From contig CAYXLR010000002.1 in NCBI GenBank assembly GCA_964466035.1, positions 67,206-131,205 on the forward strand: a DNA stretch of 64,000 nt, written 5' to 3'. This document shows positions 19,771 to 27,811 of this stretch, piece after piece. The position numbers and the translations under genes were made by a program. This stretch comes from an uncultured Thermotogae bacterium (GTDB taxonomy: Bacteria; Bipolaricaulota; Bipolaricaulia; UBA7950; UBA9294). The notes under the pieces were generated by a model that made no database searches, was not told the DNA's origin, and saw only the letters and a list, made by a program, of their open reading frames with translations. Within the stretch, counting starts at the first letter, position 1. Each line of letters begins with the position of its first letter.

Positions 19771-20750
19771 CGCCCTCCTTCCTGCGCCGCGAATCGCCTG
19801 ATGTTCAGAATCATGAACGGCACGATCAGGATGAGCAGCACCACAGCTAGCGCGCTCGCGCGCCCGTAATTGAAGAAGTTGAACATCTCTTTGTACATCC
19901 GGTTGGCAATCACTTCCGTCGAGTAGTTGCCGTTGGTCATGACGAAGATGATGTCGAAGATCTTCAGCACCTGAACGACCATCGTTGTCGCGACGACGGC
20001 CGCTGTCGGCGCGAGCAGCGGGAGGATGATGTTCCGGAAGACGCGCCACTCGGTGGCCCCGTCGATCCGCGCGGCCTCCAGCAGCGGTTTGGGGATGTTC
20101 TTGTACGCTGCGGAGAGGATGACCATGCAGAAACCGGTCCACATCCAGATCCCCACGACGATGAGGCAGAGGTTGTTGATCCAAGGGCGCTGGATCAGCC
20201 ACCCGACCGGCTCGCCCCCGAATGCCACGACGATCGCGTTCAGAACGCCGATCTGATTCAAGTCCGCAGGCTTGTACGCGTAGACGAACTTCCAGACGAC
20301 CGATGCCCCGACCATCGAGATGGCCGCCGGGATGAAGATGATCGACTTCACGAGTCTCTCATACCGGACGCGGTCGAGCATCACTGCGAGGACCAGTCCG
20401 AACCCGACGGTGCACGCCGTGAATAAGACGGCCCAGAGGGCGTTGTTTCGAAGCGCGGTCAGCATGACCGGATTCGTGAAGACGTACGTCCAGTTCTTGA
20501 GCCCGACGAACTCCACCGTCGGGCCGAACAGCGTCGTGCCACGGCCGAAGAACGAGCGTGCGACTGTCATAACGGTCGGATAGACGAGGAAGAACGCGAT
20601 CAGGATGAGTGCCGGAGCGACGAACCCCCACGATCTCCATCGTATCGATCGAAGCCATCTCCAGACGGCTCGGCAACCCTGTAGGAATAGACGTCCGAGG
20701 AACAGGGTGATCCGCCGTGGGCTCCTCCACCCCTTTGCGCGAACCCCCAT
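19767..20750 (-). CDS. Carbohydrate ABC transporter permease
   Basis: It has a MalF-like layout with the EAA loop EAARIDGATEWRVFRNIILP. The start is taken at MGVRAKGW (20750). Confidence 0.85.
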   Translation of the reverse strand: MGVRAKGWRSPRRITLFLGRLFLQGCRAVWRWLRSIRWRSWGFVAPALILIAFFLVYPTVMTVARSFFGRGTTLFGPTVEFVGLKNWTYVFTNPVMLTALRNNALWAVLFTACTVGFGLVLAVMLDRVRYERLVKSIIFIPAAISMVGASVVWKFVYAYKPADLNQIGVLNAIVVAFGGEPVGWLIQRPWINNLCLIVVGIWMWTGFCMVILSAAYKNIPKPLLEAARIDGATEWRVFRNIILPLLAPTAAVVATTMVVQVLKIFDIIFVMTNGNYSTEVIANRMYKEMFNFFNYGRASALAVVLLILIVPFMILNIRRFAAQEGGR

Positions 20751-20823
20751 GAAGACCCACCTCCCTCCGTGGCCAGAGGATGAAGCCGGGGGCTGGAGCC
20801 CCCGGCTTCCTTGATGGCTCTGC

Positions 20824-22086
20824 CTAGTAGGCGTCGACGGCGGCCGCCTCGATGGCCTGAAGGACCGTGTCGAGGTTGATACCGCTGATGTAGTCGAGGA
20901 CGCCGCTCCAGAACGCACCGGCGCCGATCTCACCGGGCATCAGGTCGGAGCCGTCGAAGCGCGACACGGTCGCGCTCAGCAGCATCTCCTGCGCCTTGCG
21001 TGTGATCGGGCTCTCGAACTGCGCCGGATCGGCGTTGACGTAGGCCGACAGCTCGCCGAGCTCCGAGCTCCAGATGTTCGCCGCCGTCTCCGAGGTCAGG
21101 AACTGCGCGAACTTGATGACCTCGGGCCGGTTGTTGAACACCGTGACGACGTCGCCGGAGACGAGCAACGGGATCGAGCCGTCCGGGGTCGCGGCCGGTG
21201 TGATCGTCGGCAGCGGGAAGATGTCGTAGTCCTCCGCGGCGACGAGCCCGTCGAAGTGGTCGTTGAAAAACCCCTGGATGAAGGTCGCCTGATGGTGCAT
21301 GTAGGCGGCCGGTGGGTCGAGGAACAACGGATCAGCTGCGTCGCCGAAGTTGGTCGTCAGCGCGCCGATCGGCCCACCGAAGACGTACCCCTTGTCGAAC
21401 AGGCTGCCGAACGTCTCGAACGCCTTCTTGACGCGCGCGTCGGTCCACGAGATCTCGTGGGCGACCCACTTGTCGTAGACGTCCGCTCCGGCGGTGCGGA
21501 GCATGATGTCCTCGATCCAGTCGGTTCCCGGCCAGCCGCTCGCCGCACCGGACTCGAGGCCGATGGAGAACGGGGCCCCACCGTCGGCGACGATCTGCTC
21601 GCACAGGGCGAGAAGCTGGTACCAGGTGGTCGGGATCTCGTAGCCCTTGGCCGCGAACTCCTTCGGGTTGTACCAGATCAGGCTCTTCACGTTCGGGAAG
21701 ATGAACAGCCCGTACAGGCCGCCGTCGTACTCCCCGATCGGGACGAGCGCCGGGTTGATGTCCGACGTGTTGACGAGGTCGGTCAAATCAACGATCTGTC
21801 CGTCGTCGGCCCACTGCTTCATGAGGCCGATCCACGGGTGGGGTGTGAGGTCGGGAGGATTCCCGGCAGCGAGGCGCGTCGCCAGAACCGCTGGGCGATC
21901 CCGCCCGACGATCTCGACAACAACATCGATGTCAGGATTCGCTGCCTCGAACGTATCGACGATCATTTGGAAGGCCGGCGCTTGCTCGCCCGGCCAGCCG
22001 TGCATCACGTTGACCACCTTCTGCTGCGCAATCGCCGCCAGACCGACGAGCGAAAGCGCGAGAAGTGCAACAAGAACCTTACGCAT
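20824..22086 (-). CDS. Extracellular sugar-binding protein (ABC family 1 SBP)
   Basis: The signal-like N-terminus is MRKVLVALLALSLVGLAAIAQ. The size and position ahead of the two permeases fit an SBP. Confidence 0.85.
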   Translation of the reverse strand: MRKVLVALLALSLVGLAAIAQQKVVNVMHGWPGEQAPAFQMIVDTFEAANPDIDVVVEIVGRDRPAVLATRLAAGNPPDLTPHPWIGLMKQWADDGQIVDLTDLVNTSDINPALVPIGEYDGGLYGLFIFPNVKSLIWYNPKEFAAKGYEIPTTWYQLLALCEQIVADGGAPFSIGLESGAASGWPGTDWIEDIMLRTAGADVYDKWVAHEISWTDARVKKAFETFGSLFDKGYVFGGPIGALTTNFGDAADPLFLDPPAAYMHHQATFIQGFFNDHFDGLVAAEDYDIFPLPTITPAATPDGSIPLLVSGDVVTVFNNRPEVIKFAQFLTSETAANIWSSELGELSAYVNADPAQFESPITRKAQEMLLSATVSRFDGSDLMPGEIGAGAFWSGVLDYISGINLDTVLQAIEAAAVDAY

Positions 22087-22274
22087 GTCTTGCCTCCTTG
22101 GTTACGTTTCCATGGGTGCTTCCCAGCAGTTGGCCATGCTGTCCTTCGTGCGTACCACCTCCCTGTTCGATGTTTGGCATGAATCGGTCGTGGAGAGGCC
22201 GACATCGGTTCTGCGCTGGCGATTCCACGTCGCGCGCTTCGGTTCGCATTGGTCGGCGTCCCTCCGGTGATTCA

Positions 22275-22928
22275 CTACGTCTTGTGGACCAGCTCCTTCA
22301 CGGAGTAGTCCGCTTCGATCAAGATGTCGGCGTGGTCCCTGTGCCTTGATATGATTCCGTGCTCGATCTCCAGTACCCGATCGAGAAACCCGTCTTGAAT
22401 CTCGCGGGCGCGTCCGGCCCTCGCGCCTCGTGTGTCTCTGAACGTGCGATCGATGAAGACCCGAACGTCGACGTTCCGCAGCAGGGACGTGTATGTCCCC
22501 TCCGCGATGACAACTTCCACACCCTCAGTGGATAGCCGCTCCTCACCGATTCGGTCCTCACTGTAGAAGACGAGCGGCTTGACGATCGCTTCGGCTCCGT
22601 CGATCAGTGCCTTAAGGTTCGCGTCGAGGAGGTCGAGTCTGACCTCCTGCGGTCCGACCCAGTCGATTCCCTCTCTCCGCTTCCGATCATTCGTCTTCGG
22701 CGGGTGGATGAAGTAGTCGTCCTGCTGGATGACGAGGGCCGGAACGCCTCGGGCTTGCAGCTCGTCGGCGAGGGCCGCCGCCAGTTCGCTCTTTCCACTC
22801 CCGGACTCTCCGCCGATGCTGACGATCATCGGCGCGTCACGATCGGAGAGTCGTTTGTTGAGGAGCGACGCGAGGTTTGCTGCCGCTTCTCGGTGATGGG
22901 GCTCGATGATCAACTTGTCACCGTGCAT
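22275..22928 (-). CDS. P-loop kinase of the uridine-kinase/phosphoribulokinase family
   Basis: The Walker A is IGGESGSGKSELA, and the text resembles Udk/PRK proteins (QQDDYF, VIAEGTY). The substrate is unknown. The start at 22928 overlaps the glycosyltransferase stop. Confidence 0.65.
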   Translation of the reverse strand: MHGDKLIIEPHHREAAANLASLLNKRLSDRDAPMIVSIGGESGSGKSELAAALADELQARGVPALVIQQDDYFIHPPKTNDRKRREGIDWVGPQEVRLDLLDANLKALIDGAEAIVKPLVFYSEDRIGEERLSTEGVEVVIAEGTYTSLLRNVDVRVFIDRTFRDTRGARAGRAREIQDGFLDRVLEIEHGIISRHRDHADILIEADYSVKELVHKT

Positions 22929-24153
22929 CGGATCTGTCCCTTGTCTCAAGTCCGTATGCCGCGAGATGCCGATTGGCGATGATCTCCCAGCTGTAGCTTC
23001 TCTCAATCGTTGCTCGTCCGCGTCGTCCGAACTCGTTCCGTCGTTCGGGCACTCGGATCAGTTCGGCGAGAGCGTCCGCGAGCGCCTCGATGTCGGTCGG
23101 ATCGACGAGGATCCCGGTTACCCCCGATTCGATGACCGTCGCTGGGCCGCCGGTGTTCGTCGCGACGACAGGGACTGCGCAGGCCATCGCTTCGAGCATG
23201 ACAATCCCGAACGGCTCGTACCGAGACGGCAGTACGAACACATCCGCCGCCCCATAGTAGTGAGGGAGGAGTGTCTCGGGCAAAACCGGCAACCATCGGA
23301 GGACGTCGTCAAGTTCCTCCGCATCGATGATCGCCTCAAGCCTCGTCCGTTCGGCCGCCTCCTGGATACTCCCGTCACCAGCGCTCATGACGAACAGCGT
23401 CGGGGGCAAGTCATCGCGTCGCGTGACACCTCCTGCCGCCTTCAGGAACAGGTCAAAGCCCTTTCGCTCGTCGAGCCGGCCAAGGGTGAAGACGATCGTG
23501 TCCTCTTCCGGCAGCCCGAGCACCCTCCGTGTCTCCTTCTTGTCGGCCGAGGGAGCGAAGACGTCTGAGTTCACGCCCGGAGGGATGACAGCGATCCGAT
23601 CGGCCGGTACGTCGTACAGCTCGTGGATCTGCTGTTTCTCCGTCTCTGTCAAGGCGACGACACAATCGCAGCCGTGGTAGGTCTCCGTCTCGAACTGGAT
23701 CCGCTTGTCGTAGTGGTACTGCTCCCCGTCAGGAAGCGCGGCTTGCTTCAACCTTCCGATCGAGTGGGTCGTGTGGAACCAACGGTGCCCATTCCGAAGC
23801 GCACCGGCGACGTACCCGCCGTCCCAGTAGTGTGAATGGAGGATCTCGCCGCCGGTGAGCTCCTTTTGCACGCGGTCGGCGAACTCGGGAAGATAGGGGG
23901 CGAGAACCTCCTTTGGAATGAACCCCGCTGGACCACACGGGACTCGGACCACCGTTGCGCCCGGCACGAAGCCTTCTCGCTCCGGCTTCCCCTCGCCTCG
24001 ATCCCTCGTATAGACGTGGACCTCATAACCGGCCTTCGCCAAGTGAGCCGACAGCTCGCGGACGTAGACGCACTGCCCACCGATGTCCGGCTCGCCGATT
24101 CGGCCGAGTGGATCGCCGTGCGGCGTGATCATCGCGAAAGTGGCTTCAGGCAA
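22918..24153 (-). CDS. GT4 glycosyltransferase, sucrose-phosphate-synthase-like
   Basis: The N-terminus GRIGEPDIGGQCVYVRELSAHLAKAGYEV resembles SPS/GT4 enzymes. The C-terminal block is LPSRYEPFGIVMLEAMACAVPVVAT. Confidence 0.8.
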   Translation of the reverse strand: MPEATFAMITPHGDPLGRIGEPDIGGQCVYVRELSAHLAKAGYEVHVYTRDRGEGKPEREGFVPGATVVRVPCGPAGFIPKEVLAPYLPEFADRVQKELTGGEILHSHYWDGGYVAGALRNGHRWFHTTHSIGRLKQAALPDGEQYHYDKRIQFETETYHGCDCVVALTETEKQQIHELYDVPADRIAVIPPGVNSDVFAPSADKKETRRVLGLPEEDTIVFTLGRLDERKGFDLFLKAAGGVTRRDDLPPTLFVMSAGDGSIQEAAERTRLEAIIDAEELDDVLRWLPVLPETLLPHYYGAADVFVLPSRYEPFGIVMLEAMACAVPVVATNTGGPATVIESGVTGILVDPTDIEALADALAELIRVPERRNEFGRRGRATIERSYSWEIIANRHLAAYGLETRDRSDAR

Positions 24154-24907
24154 TTAGGACCTCCAGCCTCGGGTGAGCGTCTTTCAGGCGCTTCGACACG
24201 GGCGCGGGGATTGGCGTCTCCGTGATGAGGACGTCGACGCGGTCGAGCGGCTCGATCCGGACCAAGCTCTCGATGTCGATTTTCGATGAATCGGCGAGAA
24301 CGATAACGCACTCGGCCCTCTCGATCATCTTCCGTTTGATTCCCGCTTCTTGCGGGTTGTTGACGGAGATTCCGTGCGCCGTTACGCCGTTGACTCCGAG
24401 TACTGCCTTGTCGAAGTGGAGCCGATCTAGGAACCCTTCGGCCAACTCGCCGGTGAAGCTGAGCGCGGGCATGTAGAGCGCCCCCCCGATCAGAATGAGC
24501 TCCACGTTCGGTGCGTCGAAGAGCTTGTTCATCGAGTAGACGGAGTTGACGGCGAGCTTCAGCCGCCTGTGGCAAAGAAGGTCGGCGAGGTATAGCGTCG
24601 TGCTGCCCGCATCGAGGATCACTCGATCGCCGTCTCGGATCGTCTCCGCTGCCTTGGCGGCGATCGCCTGCTTCGCTTCCCGATTGACGCTCGTTTGCTG
24701 CTGGAACGCCGGAGTGAACCGAGAGACGCGGTTGGCCACAGCGCCGCCGCGGTTCCTGGTGAGCATACCGGCGCGCTCGAGCGCCTCGAGGTCTGTCCGA
24801 ATGGTGACCTGTGATACGCCGAACTGCTCGCTCAGATCAGCGACTGTGGCTGCCCCTTGGGCGATAACGGACTCCGCGATCAGGTGGCGTCTTTCATCAA
24901 CTAGCAT
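24146..24907 (-). CDS. DeoR-family transcriptional regulator
   Basis: It has an N-terminal HTH (TVADLSEQFGVSQVTIRTDLEALE) and a DeoR C-terminal sugar-phosphate sensor domain. It overlaps the GT4 start by 8 nt. Confidence 0.85.
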   Translation of the reverse strand: MLVDERRHLIAESVIAQGAATVADLSEQFGVSQVTIRTDLEALERAGMLTRNRGGAVANRVSRFTPAFQQQTSVNREAKQAIAAKAAETIRDGDRVILDAGSTTLYLADLLCHRRLKLAVNSVYSMNKLFDAPNVELILIGGALYMPALSFTGELAEGFLDRLHFDKAVLGVNGVTAHGISVNNPQEAGIKRKMIERAECVIVLADSSKIDIESLVRIEPLDRVDVLITETPIPAPVSKRLKDAHPRLEVLIA

Positions 24908-24918
24908 TTCGCTTGTGT

Positions 24919-24947
24919 TTGACAGCTGTTACCTTTCGGAATACTAT
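24919..24947 (+). promoter_or_regulatory. Sigma70-type promoter for the galT-like operon
   Basis: TTGACA (24919-24924), a 17-nt spacer, then TACTAT (24942-24947). It lies just upstream of the divergent deoR start. An inverted TGTCAA occurs about 40 nt downstream and could be an operator half-site. Confidence 0.55.
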
Positions 24948-25086
24948 CGAACGGTGGCCGTCTTGTCAAGAAACGATCCGACCAATCGAGTTTCCCAGAG
25001 CGCTGACGGACACGCGGGAAGGCGAATCCTGGCTGGTGGCGTGTCGTTACGGAATGTGGTGCGAGTGCGAGAAGCGGAGGCTGGCG

Positions 25087-26118
25087 ATGACTGAACTCCG
25101 GCGCAGCAAGATTCGAGGGGAGTGGGTCGTTATAGCGGCTGGCCGAGCCAAGCGGCCGATGGTCGTCGAACCCACAGAGCCATGCGTCACGGATCAGGGA
25201 GCCGACGCGTGTCCGTTCTGCGTCGGGAACGAATCGATGGTTCCGCCGGAGATCTACCGCGTCGGCGGACCCGACGGCGCGTGGCGCGTTCGCGTTGTTC
25301 CGAACAGGTTTCCCGCGCTCGCAGGCGGCAAAGGCGGAAAGAGTTTGTCGCCTTCGGGGTTGCTCCAGTGTCGAGAGGGGAGCGGCGCGCATGAGGTGGT
25401 CATCGAGACCCCTGATCACAAGATACAGCTCGCGGATCTGCCGGAGGGTCAGATCGAGGCGGTTCTAGAGACGATCGCCGTTCGGGCCCGGGCGTTGATG
25501 GAAAGCCCCGAACATCACTACGTGCTGGCGTTCAAGAACCACGGACGGGAGGCGGGTGCGTCGCTGTCTCACTCGCATTCCCAGATCCTCGCGATGCCCG
25601 TCGTCCCAGAGGTCGTGCGGAGGATGCTGAGCACGGCATCGACGTACTACGAGTCGGAGGGACGATGCGTGTTCTGCGACACGCTGGCGGAGGAACTTCG
25701 CGCTGAACGCCGCGTGATCGACAAAGCCGACGGGTTCGTGACCCTGGCGCCGTACGATTCCCGAATCCCGTTCGAGATTGCGATCTACCCGCTGGAGCAT
25801 GCGTGCGACTTCACGTCGATCGCAGATGCGGCACGCCGCGGGCTGGCACGTGCTCTGAAGCGGGCGCTGGGGCGGCTCCGGCGCGCGCGCGGGGACGTCC
25901 CGTACATGCTCGTTCTTCAGACGGCTCCGAATCCGAGGTCGACCTCCGACGAGTCGACCGGGTGGGAGACGTTGGTGCGCGCCTACCACTGGCGGTTTGA
26001 ACTCCTGCCGCGAACGACGAAACTGGGGGGCGTCGAGTGGGGAACCGGCGTTCACATCAACACCGCTCCGCCAGAAGAGGCGGCTCGGGCACTTCGGGAG
26101 GCCGGCGTCGACGCTTGA
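25087..26118 (+). CDS. galT: Galactose-1-phosphate uridylyltransferase-family (GalT/HIT-like) nucleotidyltransferase
   Basis: It has the CPFC zinc motif and the active-site HSHSQI. The start is set at MTELRRSKIRGEW (25087) and the track ORF starts earlier. Confidence 0.8.
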   Translation: MTELRRSKIRGEWVVIAAGRAKRPMVVEPTEPCVTDQGADACPFCVGNESMVPPEIYRVGGPDGAWRVRVVPNRFPALAGGKGGKSLSPSGLLQCREGSGAHEVVIETPDHKIQLADLPEGQIEAVLETIAVRARALMESPEHHYVLAFKNHGREAGASLSHSHSQILAMPVVPEVVRRMLSTASTYYESEGRCVFCDTLAEELRAERRVIDKADGFVTLAPYDSRIPFEIAIYPLEHACDFTSIADAARRGLARALKRALGRLRRARGDVPYMLVLQTAPNPRSTSDESTGWETLVRAYHWRFELLPRTTKLGGVEWGTGVHINTAPPEEAARALREAGVDA

Positions 26119-26239
26119 CGGATGCGGGGCGGACGACCACCGATGCGATGCGAGAGCGAGTGAGCGGGTCTGCGTTCGCAGGTTCGGACCAGTAAGATCG
26201 AGGCGAGGACCGGACCGGCGGCTCTCGAAGAGGTGGAGC

Positions 26240-27811
26240 ATGTCAGCAGCTGTAGACGAACCAGCGGGCCTGGAAGCAGTGGTTTTCGATCTGGATGGGG
26301 TGGTGACGCTGACCGCGGCGGTTCACGCGGCCGCGTGGAAAGAGCTGTTCGATGAGGTCCTCGAACGGAGGGCCAAGGAGACCGGGAAGCCGTTCGTTCC
26401 GTTCGACCCGGAGGACGATTACCACACGTACGTCGACGGAAAGCCGCGGATCGAAGGGGTGAAAAGCTTCCTCGCGTCGCGGGGAATCGAGCTGCCCGAG
26501 GGAACGCCTGACGACGGTCCGGACGAGCCGACGGCGTGGGGGCTCGGGAACCGGAAGAACGGCTACTTCCGGGCGATCCTGGACGAGAGGGGCGCCGAGG
26601 TGGATGAACGGACGGTCGCGTTCGTCCGCCAACTGCGGGAAGCGGGGATCCGCGTCGCCGTCGCGTCGTCGAGCAAGAACTGCGGGCCGATCCTCGAGCG
26701 CGCCGGCCTGAACGACCTGTTCGAGGCGCGCGTCGACGGGATCGTCTCGGAGGAGATCGGACTCAAGGGCAAACCGAATCCGGACATTTTCGTCGAAGCG
26801 GCCCGAAGGGTCGGGGCGCCGCCGGAGCGGGCGATCGTGGTTGAGGACGCGATCTCCGGCGTACAGGCCGGTCGAGCCGGCGGCTTCGGCCTGGTCATCG
26901 GGATCGACCGGGTCGGCGCCGCGGCCGCGCTCCGCGAGCACGGGGCCGATCTGATCCTCGAGTCGTTCGGCGGTCAATCGTTCGAGCTGATCGAGGAGTG
27001 GTTCGCGAACCGGGATCAACGGCGACCGTCCGCACTGCGCGAGTGGGACGAGCTGAGCCGGCGGCTTCGAGGAAAGCGGCCCGCCCTCTTCCTCGACTAC
27101 GACGGGACCCTCACGCCGATCGTCGGCCGGCCGGAGCTGGCCGTCCTCACCGACGAGCGCCGCGCCGTTCTCGAGAAGATCGCCTCCCGGTTCCCGACGG
27201 CGATCATCAGCGGTCGCGGGCGCGACGACGTCGAGCGGCTCGTCGGGATCCCGGAGCTCGCCTACGCCGGGAGCCACGGGTTCGACATCGTCGGTCCGGG
27301 CGGCGCCTCCGTCGGACACGCGGTCGCCGACTGGATCGAGCCGGTGATGGAGCGGGTGGCGCGCGAAGTGAAACCGAAGCTGGAGAGGATCGAAGGGGTG
27401 GTGATCGAGGAGAAGCGGTTCTCGGTCGCGGTCCACTATCGCTTGGTCGACGAGGCGGACGTGGCGCGGGTCGAGTCGATCGTCGACGGGGCGATCGCGA
27501 CCGACGGGCGGCTGAAAAAGGCGCACGGGAAGAAGGTGTTCGAGGTCCGCCCGGACCTCGATTGGGACAAGGGGAAGGCGCTTCTCCTTCTCCTCGAGGC
27601 GCTCGGCCTGGGCGGCCCGGACGTCGTTCCGTTCTACATCGGGGACGACGTCACCGATGAAGATGCGTTCGCGGTCCTCCGGGATCGCGGGGTCGGGGTC
27701 GTCGTCTCCGAGGCGCCGCGGCCGACGGAGGCGACGTACTGGGTCCAGGCGCCGTGGGAGGTGTACGCGTTTTTCGACCGGCTGCTGAGCCTGGAAGGAG
27801 GCGGCGGGTGA
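26240..27811 (+). CDS. Fusion of a beta-phosphoglucomutase-like HAD domain and trehalose-6-phosphate phosphatase (OtsB-like)
   Basis: The N-terminal half has VVFDLDGVV and a beta-PGM-like body with VVEDAISGVQAGRAGG. The C-terminal half has LFLDYDGTLTPIV and FYIGDDVTDEDAF, which are T6PP motifs. Confidence 0.85.
   Translation: MSAAVDEPAGLEAVVFDLDGVVTLTAAVHAAAWKELFDEVLERRAKETGKPFVPFDPEDDYHTYVDGKPRIEGVKSFLASRGIELPEGTPDDGPDEPTAWGLGNRKNGYFRAILDERGAEVDERTVAFVRQLREAGIRVAVASSSKNCGPILERAGLNDLFEARVDGIVSEEIGLKGKPNPDIFVEAARRVGAPPERAIVVEDAISGVQAGRAGGFGLVIGIDRVGAAAALREHGADLILESFGGQSFELIEEWFANRDQRRPSALREWDELSRRLRGKRPALFLDYDGTLTPIVGRPELAVLTDERRAVLEKIASRFPTAIISGRGRDDVERLVGIPELAYAGSHGFDIVGPGGASVGHAVADWIEPVMERVAREVKPKLERIEGVVIEEKRFSVAVHYRLVDEADVARVESIVDGAIATDGRLKKAHGKKVFEVRPDLDWDKGKALLLLLEALGLGGPDVVPFYIGDDVTDEDAFAVLRDRGVGVVVSEAPRPTEATYWVQAPWEVYAFFDRLLSLEGGGG

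Noticed and set aside
22237-22248. The 12-mer CTTCGGTTCGCA, identical to the guaA hairpin arm, in the spacer upstream of the sugar-binding-protein gene.
   Set aside because: A single short match in G+C-rich DNA could be chance, and no second arm or repeat-unit context is present. It is worth including in a genome-wide motif search, but it is not evidence on its own.
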